Positions 12,601 through 23,433 of a stretch of DNA of 64,000 nt are shown here, one piece after another (position 1 is the first letter of the stretch; each line of letters opens with the position of its first letter). The stretch comes from Macrostomum hystrix (lineage: Eukaryota > Animalia > Platyhelminthes): NCBI GenBank assembly GCA_950097015.1, contig CATNEN010000038.1:34162001-34226000 (forward strand). Direction: 5' to 3'. The notes beneath the pieces are model-generated. The model searched no databases and was not told where the DNA came from. It saw only the letters and a list, made by a program, of their open reading frames with translations. A program made the position numbers and the translations under genes.

Positions 12601-15600
12601 CTTCCCAGAGACACAACAAACTTCCCAGAGACACACCAAGCATCCCAGAGACACACTAAACATCCCACAGACACACCAAACATCCCAGGGACACACCAAA
12701 CATCCAAAGAGACACACCAAACATCCCAGGGACACATCAAACATCCCAGGGACACATCAAACATCCCAGGGACACATCAAACATCCCAGGGACACACCAA
12801 ACATCCAAAGAGACACACCAAACATCCCAGAGACACACCAAACATCCCAAGAGACACACCAAACATCCCAGGGACACATCAAACATCCCAGGGACACACC
12901 AAACATCCAAAGAGACACACCAAACATCCCAGAGACACACCAAACATCCCAAGAGACACACCAAACATCCCAGGGACACATCAAACATCCCAGGGACACA
13001 CCAAACATCCAAAGAGACACACCAAACATCCCAGAGACACACCAAACATCCCAAGAGACACACCAAACATCCCAAGAGACACACCAAACATCCCAGGGAC
13101 ACACCAAACATCCAAAGAGACACACCAAACATCCCAGAGACACACCAAACATCCCAAGAGACACACTAAACATCCCAGGGACACATCAAACATCCCAGGG
13201 ACACACCAAACATCCCAGGGACACACCAAACTTCCCAGAGACACACCAAGCATCCCAGAGACACACTAAACATCCCACAGACACACCAAACATCCCAGGG
13301 ACACACCAAACATCCAAAGAGACACACCAAACATCCCAGGGACACATCAAACATCCCAGGGACACATCAAACATCCCAGGGACACATCAAACATCCCAGG
13401 GACACACCAAACATCCAAAGAGACACACCAAACATCCCAGAGACACACCAAACATCCCAAGAGACACACCAAACATCCCAGGGACACATCAAACATCCCA
13501 GGGACACATCAAACATCCCAGGGACACACCAAACATCCCAGGGACACACCAAACATCCCAGGGACACACCAAACATCCCAGGGACGCACCAAACATCCCA
13601 AGAGACACACCAAACATCCCAGGGATACACCAAACATCCCAGGGACACACCAAACATCCCAGGGACACACCAAACATCCCAGGGACACATCAAACATCCC
13701 AAGAGACACACCAAACATCCCAGGGACACACCAAACATCCCAGGGACACACCAAACATCCCAAGAGACACACCAAACATCCCAGGGACACACCAAACATC
13801 CCAGGGACACACCAAACATCCCAAGAGACACACCAAACATCCCAGGGACACACCAAACATCCCAGGGACACACCAAACATCCCAGGGACACACCAAACAT
13901 CCCAGGGACACACCAAACATCCCAAGAGACACACCAAACATCCCAGGGACACACCAAACATCCCAAGAGACACACCAAACATCCCAGGGACACACCAAAC
14001 ATCCCAAGAGACACACCAAACATCCCAGGGACACACCAAACATCCCAGGGACACACCAAACATCTCAAGAGACACACCAAACATCCCAGGGACACACCAA
14101 ACATCCCAGGGACACACCAAACATCCCAGGGACACACCAAACATCCCAGGGACACACCGAACATCCCAAGAGACACACCGAACATCCCAGGGACACACCA
14201 AACATACCAAGAGACACACCAAACATCCCAGACACAATTCCAAAAGACAAGCTGACCTGGACTCTTGTTGTCTGCGAGTCAGGCCGAGGTAGTGTCACAT
14301 GACCAATGACCTTCGAGACGGTGCTTAGACGGCCTCGCTGGCATTGCACCAGTGCCAGGCGAATTTTAGTCGGCGGTTGAACAACTTCCACCAAGTGGAC
14401 TCGATTGAAATGCAGCATAAAATTTGAGCTCAACGTCCTGCGGATAAATGCACGCCGAACAGACACATTAGCTACTCATGTTAGGCTGGTTGTATATTAT
14501 TTATTATAACTGAATAATGGCCGCAGCTGCTTACACAAAGTCCGTAGGGCCAACAAGCTTGTCGTCAACGTAGATGCGGAAGCAATAGGTAAACAGCGAC
14601 TCCATTTTGCTTCGGCGAAGCTCCTCGGCGCGACGGTGGGCGCTGCGCCAGTGGCGAGGAGAGTTTTGCAACAGTTATCAATTTGGGCATCGCAAGTGTT
14701 GCTAAGCGACAATCGCTAGTGTTGCTAAGGGACTATTGCAAGTATTGCTAAGGGAATCACAAGTGTTGTTAAAGGATGATCGCAGGTGTTGCTAAGGGAC
14801 TATCGAAAGCGTTGCTAAGGGACAATCGCTAGTGTTGTTAAGGGATGATCGCAGGTGTTGCTAAGGGACTATCGAAAGCGTTGCTAAGGGACAATCGCTA
14901 GTGTTGTTAAGGGATGATCGCAGGTGTTGCTAAGGGACTATCGAAAGCGTTGCTAAGGGACAATCGCTAGTGTTGTTAAGGGATGATCGCAGGTGTTGCT
15001 AAGGGACTATCGAAAGCGTTGCTAAGTGACAATCGCAGGTGTCGCTAAGGGACAATCGCAGGTGTCGCTAAGGGACAATCGCAGGTGTCGCTAAGGGACA
15101 ATCGCAGGTGTCGCTAAGGGACAATCGCAGGTGTTCCTAAGGGACAATCGAAAGCGTTGCTTTTACGTTACTGTAATGTGGCTTTGTGGCTTTGCAACGG
15201 TTACGAGTGTGGCACGCGTGTGCTAGGGTAAAAGGCTTCCCATTGCTTGGCTGGCATATGGTGAAGCTTTCGCTAACTTTCGACAAACTTTGACGCGAAC
15301 TCACGCCGGTATCTGGTCCAACGGTGTCGGCACATTCGAATTCTCCAGCAAGCGGAGTCGAACCAGCGGTTCGCCCGGCTGTCGCCTGAGGCATGTGATC
15401 TGGCCGTGCTCGTCCTCGCCCAGACGAACCAGTCGGTCGATGCGCTGACCGAATTCTTCTAGACTATCGAGCTGCGGCTCCACCGGCGGCTGCTCATCGA
15501 ACTCGGTGGCCTCCAGTCCCGACTGCTCCATTCGAAGGCGAATCGTTTCGTGTTCTTCCCGCCTGGTCTCGTAGGCTCGACGCTCCACAGCGTAGCGCTC

Positions 15601-18600
15601 CAGCTGGCGCTCGTGACGCGTCTGGGCGGCCGCCCGACGTTCATCCAGCCATTCGGCGATCTCGGCGCGTTGATCCTGCTCGTCCTGCGACTTGCTTTGC
15701 ACCGTCTCTTCGATGTCACAGCGGATCTGCGGATTCAGGCCATGCTGAGTACAGTTCGGCTGAGCAGGGATGCAGTTCTTGGTTGAGTAGGGATTATTAA
15801 TTGAGTAGGGATTAGTAACCCAGTGGGGATATGAATTCTATGTTGAGTAGGGATATGGATCCTATGTTGAGTAGGGATATGGATCCTATGTTGAGTAGGG
15901 ATATGGATCCTATGTTGAGTAGGGATATGGATCCTATGTTGAGTAGGGATATGGATCCTATGTTGAGTAGGGATATGGATTTTATGTTGAGTAGGGATAT
16001 GGATCCTATGTTGAGTAGGGATATGGATCCTATGTTGAGTAGGGATATGGATCCTATGTTGAGTAGGGATATGGATCCTATGTTGAGTAGGGATATGGAT
16101 TTTATGTTGAGTAGGGATATGGATCCTATTTTGAGTAGACTGCTGAAAGCTACTTACGGCTGTTCAGGCTGTTTAGTGGACTGTGACGACACCACACCCA
16201 CCCTTATATACCATAGCTAATGTCGGTACCCATTTAACAGCTGGGTGAACTGATCTGAAGCAGTGCATTGATAAGTATTTTGCTTAAGGACACAAAACGT
16301 TTCAGTGGAATCGAGAATCGAACCCCCGACCTTCAAGTCGTGACGCCAACGCTTTAATCCACTCGACAACAACCTACGCAGGTAAAGTAACAAAGACTGA
16401 ACAGTTCTATTATAAAAGTACATTTACTCACATCCGTGACCGAGAAGCCGGTCTCCTGTCGCACAGTCCGCACATCACGCCAGGCCCCAATAAGCTCAAT
16501 CAGGCGGGCATAGTGCTCAGACTCCGCCCGCAGTCGCGACCTCCTGGTCGTCTCCAACTCGGATCGGAACACGTCGATGCGAGCCCGACAGTCGGCCAGC
16601 ACTCGCTCGTTGCGATGCTGGCTACGCTCCTGGCGCGCCACTTCGGCGTCCAGTTTGCCAAGTTCGCGTCTGATCGCAGCGATCCGGTCGCGAAAGTAGG
16701 CGGACAGGTTCAGCTTCTCGTACTTGGCGTAGGTGGCGTATAGCTGCTTGAGTCTGCTCACCGCCGCGTGCTCCCTGGTGAACAGCGGGTGAGCCAGGAA
16801 CTGGACGCTGCCGATGTCAACCTCCAGCTGCCACGGTGTCTCACGTTCCAGATTGGCGAACGGCGAGTCCCACCGCCTGGCTGGCCTGAACTCGCGCTGC
16901 AGCTCCGGCGGCTGCAGGGTGGCGTCCTCGAGCTCCTCTTCGAACACCAGCGGCCGCATCGGGACGTCGCGCAGTGGATCGGGCAGGATGCGCAGGTGGC
17001 CATCCTCGCCTATCCACTCCTATGGGATTCGGGTCCGTTGATGGGATCTGGTTGATGGGATCTGGTTGATGGGATGTGGTTGATGGGATCTGGTTGATGG
17101 GATCTGGTTGATGGGATCTGGTTGATGTGATCTGGTATTGGGATCTGGTTGATGGGATCTGGTTGATGGGATCTGGTTGATGGGATCTGGTTGATGGGAT
17201 CTGGTTGATGGGATCTGGTTGATGGGATCTGGTTGATGGGATCTGGTTGATGGGATCTGGTTGATGGGATCTGGTTGATGGGATCTGGTTGATGGGATCT
17301 GGTTGATGGGATCTGGTTGATGGGATCTGGTTGATGGGATCTGATTGATGGGATCTGGTTGATGGGATCTGGTTGATGGGATCTGGTTGATGACCCTACA
17401 AATCGGATAGCAAGCTCACCTTCTTCTCCTCGTAGATATCGGCCTTGATGGTGAGAATGTTCTGCAGCCGCAGAAGGTTGCCTTCGCCGACCCTCGGTCG
17501 TCGGCCAACGTACAAGCCCTCCTCGGCTGGGTCGGTGGGCGAATCTAGCCTCACGGGCAGCTCTGTGAATGTATTTTACGTTTTTGATCATGGCTGATAA
17601 ACAATGAAATTTTTGTTTGACTTTCTGAACTTTTTTATTAAAACCTTTTTTATATGAATAACCATCTTTAGAATCCACTTCTTATCGATTTCTTGGAATC
17701 TACTTACAGGTTTCGATTTCTTGGAATCAACTTGCACGAGCGTAGCTATCGATTTCTTGGAGTATACTTATTGGCATTGATTTCTCGGAACCTACTTTTT
17801 GGCATCGATTTCTTGGAATCTACTTGTTGTCATCGATTTCTTGGAATCTACTTACAGGTTTCGATTTCTTGGAATCAACTTGCACGAGCGTAGCTATCGA
17901 TTTCTTGGAATATACTTATTGGCATTGATTTCTTGGAATATACTTATTGGCATTGATTTCTTGGAATATACTTATTGGCATTGATTTCTTGGAATATACT
18001 TATTGGCATTGATTTCTTGGAATATACTTATTGGCATTGATTTCTTGGAATATACTTATTGGCATTGATTTCTAGGAACCTACTTTTTGGCATCGATTTC
18101 TTGGAATCTACTTATTGGCATCGATTTCTTGGAATATACTTATTGGCATCGATTTCTTGGAATCTACTTTTTGGCATCGATTTCTTGGAATCTACTTTTT
18201 AGCATTGATTTCTCGGAACCTACTTTTTGGCATCGATTTCTTGGAATCTACTTGTTGGCATCGATTTCTTGGAATTTAATTGTAGCTACAGATTTCTTGG
18301 AACTCTAACAAGCCCATCGATTTTGAGATCAGTTCTCACCAGCCGTTGGTGACGGATAAAAGTACAGCTGGCTCTCGTCCGGATCCGGCTGCACAATGGC
18401 TCGGTGCAGATAGACCTTCTCCGTCTCGAACACCAGAATGTCACCGTCGTCGGCTCCGTCGCCCTCGCCATCGATTCTATCCACGCCAGCGTGCGGTCCG
18501 GCTGTGCCGGCTTCGGCAGCCTCGGATGCTTCGTCGGCTTCCCAGACGACGTTGGCAAAGAAGCTCACCTGCTCCTCCTCTGTTAGCTCCTTTTTCTCGC

Positions 18601-21600
18601 GCAGTGTGTCCCAGGACATCTGGTTTGATTGGCTGTTTAAGTGTCACTCTGGCACATTGTCACTCTGGCACATTGTCACTCTGGCACATTGTCACTCTGG
18701 CACATTGTCACTCTGGCACATTGTCACTCTGGCACATTGTCACTCTGGCACATTGTCACTCTGTACCAATATCAGTCTGTACCAATGTCAGACTGTACGA
18801 ATGTCAGTCTGTACCAATGTCAGTCTGTACCAATATCAGTCTGTACGAATGTCAGTCTGTAACAATGTCAGTCTGTAACAATATCAGTCTGTACCAATGT
18901 CAGTCTGTAACAATATCAGTCTGTACCAATGTCAGTCTGTACCAATGTCAGTCTGTAACAATGTCAGTCTGTAACAACGGCGATCATTAGACCGTCCGTC
19001 GCTTACGCTGGCCTCATCTGGGCCAGCGCCATGGGCATCCAGAAAAACCTGGAGGCGCTTTATAGGGTGCAGGGCAGAGCCTGTCGTATGACGCTGGGCG
19101 CCCCACCCTCCACTCCCTTCGAAGGCATGAATGCTTTCCTCAACGCTACACCCATTGACATTTTCGTCAAGGGGGAAGCAGCAAAGTCCACCCGTCGTCT
19201 TCTTGATGCGGGTGTCTACTTCCAGAATTCGCGAGCCTTCTCGAAGCGCTCCCTTCTGCCTCACTCTGACCTCTGCCTGAAAACTCTGGGCGAGTGCGGA
19301 GGGCTCACCATCCTTTCGGACGGGGCCCCGGCCACTTTACTCCGGAGCCACAGGTACAAAGTCAGCATCTCCCCTCGTAATGAGGTAAAGGACTGCTGGG
19401 ATGACCCGGCAGTCCACTGTTACACTGACGGCTCTCTGATGAACGGTAAATCGGGATTCGGAGTGTGCGTCGCCTCGGGTGGTGAGGTCCTCTGGACCCA
19501 CTCCCAATACTGTGGCAAGAGCTCTAGCGTTTTCCAAAACGAAGTGCTCGCCATCAGTTTCTGTGCGGCTGAGCTGCGCCAGAGGCAGCTGGCTGGTCGG
19601 AGGATCTTTTTTCACTCCGACAGTCAAGCAGCCCTCAAGGCCCTCAGCCGCTGCACCTCTCGCTCCAGAACCACCTTGGACTGCAACACCCAGTTAAACG
19701 GGTTGGCGCAGTCTAATAAGGTGGAGCTGATGTACATCCCTGGGCATGCCGGGCTCACAGGGAATGAGATGGCGGACCAGCTTGCAAAGGCTGGAGCAGC
19801 CAGCTCCCTGATGGGCCCGGGCCCGGAATCCCCGATCCCCGCCTCTGTTGTCAACTCCAGCATCAACCGCTGGATGGAGACCCAGCATCGGAGGAGGTGG
19901 TCCAGCACCCTGAACTGTCGCCAGTCCAGGGCTGCGGTGCCAACCCCCTCTAGTAACCTGCGTAAGGCCTTACTCAGGCTAAACCGCAGAGACCTGAGAG
20001 CAGTCACCATGGCCCTTTCGGGACATGGCTGCTTCACCAGACACCGCTACCTCCAAGGCCACGTGCCTGAGGAAACGTGTCCCTTCTGCTGCTCCGGACG
20101 TGAAAACGCCGAACATTTCATCTGCCACTGCCCGGCCTTCACCCGGGCTAGGCTAAAGCATCTCGGGCCGGCACCGACTCTTGCCGAGGCCTGCTCGCCC
20201 GAGAACATCCCACAGCTCGCCCACTTCCTCCGGGATACCGGCCGAGCTGATTTCTTCCCAGCCTATGGCGAGGAAGATCGAGCGGCGGAACCGACCGACG
20301 GACCACCCTGAGCGGCGCCGCCTCGCTGGAGGCCGTCTGGCTGCCAGGGGTTAGCGATATGGGCGGCACCAGCCGCCTCCTCGCTGCGTCCGTCATGGAG
20401 GCCCCCTGCCGCTAAGTCAAGTAAGTCAGTCTGTAACAATGTCAGTCTGTAACAATATCAGTCTGTACCAATGTCAGTCTGTACCAATGTCAGTCTGTAC
20501 CAATGTCAGTCTGTAACAATGTCAGTCTGTAACAATATCAGTCCAGCAAAACTCGAGCAATATAAAGTATTCTCTATTTTGCAGGTTTATTTAGTTACCA
20601 AACCCTGCTATAAGTCAGTCATATTCAACGAGCTGTGACTATGGCTGTGAAACACAAAATTTCATATATCGGTCACTTCAGACACAGGATGAGATTCTTA
20701 GGATTAGAAAACGTAAAAATCCTTCTTCTTACCTTAGCGAACTTGACCATCCGGTCAGCCTTGCTCTGCCGCAGCTCCTGTAAAATTAATAAACGCAAAT
20801 ATTTTACACTATTATAAAGAATTCATTTTATTCTTTTAAGTTTGCATAGATAAATAACATAAAGACAGAACTCGCTATATGGAACACTTGAGAAATCTAA
20901 CTTGCATTCACTCCTTGTTAAGCTGGGAAAAATGAACAGTCGTAGAGTGCCGCTGTCTAACAGGTGAGTGCCACTGTCTAACAGGTGAGTGCCACTGTTT
21001 AACAGGTGAGTGCCACTGTCTAACAGGTGAGTGCCTCTGTCTAACAGGTGAGTGACAATGTCTAACAGGTGAGTGACACTGTCTAATAGGTGAGTGCCGC
21101 TGTCTAACAGGTGAGTGCCGCTGTCTAACAGGTGAGTGCCACTGTTTAACAGGTGAGTGTCACTGTCTAACAGGTGAGTGACACTGTCTAACAGGTGAGT
21201 GACACTGTCTAACAGGTGAGTGACAATGCCTAACAGGTGAGTGACAATGTCTAACAGGTGAGTGCCGCTGTCTAACAGGTGAGTGCCGCTGTCTAACAGG
21301 TGAGTGCCACTGTTTAACAGGTGAGTGCCACTGTTTAACAGGTGAGTGCCACTGTCTAACAGGTGAGTGCCGCTGTCTAACAGGTGAGTGCCGCTGTCTA
21401 ACAGGTGAGTGCCACTGTTTAACAGGTGAGTGCCGCTGTCTAACAGGTGAGTGCCACTGTTTAACAGGTGAGTGCCACTGTTTAACAGGTGAGTGCCACT
21501 GTCTAACAGGTGAGTGCCACTGTCTAACAGGTGAGTGACAATGTCTAACAGGTGAGTGACACTGTCTAACAGGTGAGTGCCACTGTCTAACAGGTGAGTG

Positions 21601-23433
21601 ACACTGTCTAACAGTTGAACAGGTGAGCGCCACTGTCTAACAGGTGAGTGACACTGTCTAACAGGTGAGTGACACTGTCTAACAGGTGAGTGACACTGTC
21701 TAACAGTTTAACAGGTCAGTGCCGCTGTCTAATAGGCGAGTGACACTGTCCAACAGGTGAGTGCCACCGTCTAACAGGTGAGTGCCACTGTCTAACAGGT
21801 GAGTGCCACTGTCCAACAGGTGAGTGCCACCGTCTAACAGGTGAGTGCCACTGTCTAACAGGTGAGTGCCACTGTTTAACAGGTGAGTGCCGCTGTCTAA
21901 CAGGTGAGTGCCACTGTTTAACAGGTGAGTGCCACTGTCTAACAGGTGAGTGCCACTGTCTAACAGGTGAGTGACAATGTCTAACAGGTGAGTGACACTG
22001 TCTAACAGGTGAGTGCCACTGTCTAACAGGTGAGTGACACTGTCTAACAGTTGAACAGGTGAGCGCCACTGTCTAACAGCCTAATCAGTCGACCGACAAT
22101 TATAAAATCAGCTGAAGACTTTTTCCAACTTTTGGCGTCTCTAGCAACGCATCCTAATCCTTAATCCTCAAAAGCCCCGACCTGCGCGGTGGCGGTGTCA
22201 AATCGGGTCAGCCGATCCTCCCGACTCAGCGTTCCGCCGCCGGCCGTGGCCGCAGCCGTCACCGCCGCCTCCTCAGCCTCCAGCTGACGCCGCGCCTCGG
22301 CTTTCCGCTGCTCCTCTTCTAGCTTCTGTCGGCGCATGGCCTTCGCTGTCATCTTCGACTGACGTGGCGGCTTTGAGGTTCCAGGGCTGGGGCCGGCGCC
22401 TACTGCTGTCTCTCCGGCGCCTTCGCCGCCGCCTTCGCCCTCTGCTGCTCCGGCGCCGCCGCCGGTGTTGTCGGCATCGCCGTCGCGAACGTCTGTCTGG
22501 CTAAGACGCAGCCGCTCAGACACTCGTGCTTGAGCAGCCTTGAATTTAATTTAGACCGGGACAGGATGAAATAATATCACTTTCGATCAGGGGCTCGACT
22601 GGATTTTTAGGTAAATGCCACCGGGGCCCTGGTAGCACCACAGAGAACTTCGAGCGCCACCGGGATTTAACCAAGGAGTACCACTGGGATTCAGGGAGCG
22701 CAACTGGAATTCAGGGAGCGCCACTGGGATTTAGGGAACGCCACTGGGATTCAGGGAGCGCCACCGGGATTTAGAGAGCGCCACCGGGATTTAGGGAGCG
22801 CCACTGGGATTTAGGGAGCGCCACTGGAATTCAGGGAAGGCCACCGGGATTTAGGGAGCGCCACTGGGATTTAGAGAGCGCCACTGGAATTCAGGGAGCG
22901 CCACCGGGATTTAGAGAGCGCCACCGGGATTTAGGGAGCGCCACTGGGATTTAGAGAGCGCCACCGGGATTTAGGGAGCGCCACTGGAATTCAGGGAGCG
23001 CCACTGAGATTTAGCGAACGCAAACGGGATTTAAGGATCACTTCAGAGAACTTGGTAGCGCCACCGGGACCTTGGGAGCGCCACCGCGATTCAGGGAGCG
23101 CCACTCCCAATGAGAATTTGGTTGTCCAGCATGGCCATGATTTCAATGAGGTTTCAATTGATTATCCAAATCGCCCGTCTTGGCTACGCACCTGCTCCAT
23201 CTAGTCATATTAATAAATCATACCAAATCTGTCTAAACAGTTGCTAGAGCAAAAAAGCTGGTCACCTGTAGGTCGGCGTCGCCCTCGCTGGTTGGCAGAG
23301 TCTCCTGCAGTCGCTTTCGCAATCGCCTTTTCTTAGTATCATGCTTGGTCTTTACCGAACTTTTCAAGCGCTCGGACTCGCGCAAGTCCTCCGCGCTGGC
23401 GCCATCGTTTGCGGCCGGATCTGCGTCTGACAT
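625..23433 (-). CDS. CC2D2A: Coiled-coil and C2 domain-containing protein 2A (MKS6, ciliary transition zone), 18 coding exons, ~1616 aa
   Basis: Exons joined with GT-AG sites in consistent phase: 23266-23433, 22182-22538, 20733-20777, 18340-18619, 17420-17562, 16432-17019, 15305-15726, 14535-14642, 14257-14437, 11804-12319, 6239-6619, 5020-5354, 3932-4078, 3429-3681, 2952-3041, 1817-2361, 1131-1215, 625-831 (sum 4851 nt). Family motifs: [26 protein letters not shown]; HPLFTREH; C2 domain [38 protein letters not shown]; [42 protein letters not shown] (inactive transglutaminase-like); C-terminal [14 protein letters not shown]. Confidence 0.93.
870..1045. repeat. ~17-bp intronic minisatellite GGAGTGA(G/T)GT(T/G)GGTAGC
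   Basis: Direct tandem copies in the last CC2D2A intron. Confidence 0.85.
1400..1770. repeat. Diverged ~55-60-bp tandem repeat (AATGACTAGCCAATGTACATT..GTACGCACAGG..GACG)
   Basis: About 6 diverged copies; related copies at ~3745-3860. Confidence 0.75.
2375..2850. repeat. (GGATT/GGACT)n pentanucleotide microsatellite
   Basis: Directly visible; generates the spurious DWIGL/SNPIQ ORFs. Confidence 0.97.
5500..6140. repeat. 16-bp minisatellite GGAGAGATGAGACAC(T/G)
   Basis: Tandem array; related unit also at 59005-59320. Confidence 0.95.
6796..10822 (+). repeat. 4-kb 20-bp minisatellite GGATGTTTGGTGTGTCTCTG
   Basis: About 200 tandem copies with recurring variants (TCTGTAGGAT, TCTCTTGGAA, TCCCTGGGAT). 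Confidence 0.98.
11130..11705. repeat. 45-bp minisatellite CCCAAGTGTACATTTGCCCCGCTCAACCTCGCACTCACCCTCTGT
   Basis: Several near-perfect copies flanked by diverged ones. Confidence 0.9.
12570..14236 (-). repeat. 20/21-bp minisatellite ACACACCAAACATCCCAG(G/A)G, the reverse complement of the 6796-10822 array
   Basis: Translations on the opposite strands are almost identical ([11 protein letters not shown]...). Confidence 0.97.
14695..15160. repeat. 23-bp minisatellite GTGTTGCTAAGGGACAATCGCAG with a 3-unit higher-order repeat
   Basis: Tandem copies visible. Confidence 0.9.
15780..16138. repeat. 24-bp minisatellite TGTTGAGTAGGGATATGGATCCTA
   Basis: About 13 copies; source of the [11 protein letters not shown]. 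Confidence 0.95.
16160..16375 (-). mobile_element. tRNA-derived SINE copy
   Basis: Minus strand shows an A-box-like TGTCGAGTGG, a B-box GGTTCGATTC, then GTGTCCTTAAGCAAAATACTT and CACCCAGCTGTTAAATGGGTACC, motifs typical of conserved central domains of metazoan SINEs. Confidence 0.7.
17037..17392. repeat. 14-bp minisatellite GTTGATGGGATCTG
   Basis: About 25 copies filling a CC2D2A intron. Confidence 0.95.
17683..18305. repeat. ~28-bp minisatellite ATCGATTTCTTGGAAT(C/A)TACTTATTGGC
   Basis: Tandem copies with variants. Confidence 0.92.
18641..18977. repeat. 16-bp minisatellites TGTCACTCTGGCACAT grading into GTCAGTCTGTA(C/A)CAAT; continues 20425-20545 after the LINE
   Basis: The array is split by the LINE insertion. 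Confidence 0.92.
18978..20424 (+). mobile_element. 5'-truncated non-LTR retrotransposon (RNase H-containing, LOA/Lian/I-group-like) in CC2D2A intron 3, antisense to host
   Basis: The frame is open from the truncation point ([17 protein letters not shown] thumb). RNase H motifs [45 protein letters not shown]; C-terminal [19 protein letters not shown]. Short-repeat tail CTAAGTCAAGTAA. Flanked by GTCAGTCTGTAACAA (18963-18977 and 20425-20439). Confidence 0.93.
18980..20311 (+). CDS. C-terminal part of LINE ORF2 (RT thumb - RNase H - CCHC knuckle), uninterrupted
   Basis: ORF 19031-20311 extends in frame back to 18980; contains the motifs listed for the LINE. Confidence 0.88.
   Translation, partial: AIIRPSVAYAGLIWASAMGIQKNLEALYRVQGRACRMTLGAPPSTPFEGMNAFLNATPIDIFVKGEAAKSTRRLLDAGVYFQNSRAFSKRSLLPHSDLCLKTLGECGGLTILSDGAPATLLRSHRYKVSISPRNEVKDCWDDPAVHCYTDGSLMNGKSGFGVCVASGGEVLWTHSQYCGKSSSVFQNEVLAISFCAAELRQRQLAGRRIFFHSDSQAALKALSRCTSRSRTTLDCNTQLNGLAQSNKVELMYIPGHAGLTGNEMADQLAKAGAASSLMGPGPESPIPASVVNSSINRWMETQHRRRWSSTLNCRQSRAAVPTPSSNLRKALLRLNRRDLRAVTMALSGHGCFTRHRYLQGHVPEETCPFCCSGRENAEHFICHCPAFTRARLKHLGPAPTLAEACSPENIPQLAHFLRDTGRADFFPAYGEEDRAAEPTDGPP
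20945..22080 (+). repeat. 21-bp minisatellite CTGTCTAACAGGTGAGTGCCA
   Basis: About 54 copies in CC2D2A intron 2, including an internal block duplication. Confidence 0.96.
22610..23106. repeat. 20-bp minisatellite AGGGAGCGCCACTGGGATTT
   Basis: Tandem array in CC2D2A intron 1. Confidence 0.92.

Noticed and set aside
6799-14302. Long Cys/Val/Gly-rich and Pro/Thr/His-rich ORFs (up to 599 aa)
   Set aside because: They are translations of a 20-bp minisatellite, open in several frames and lying inside CC2D2A introns.
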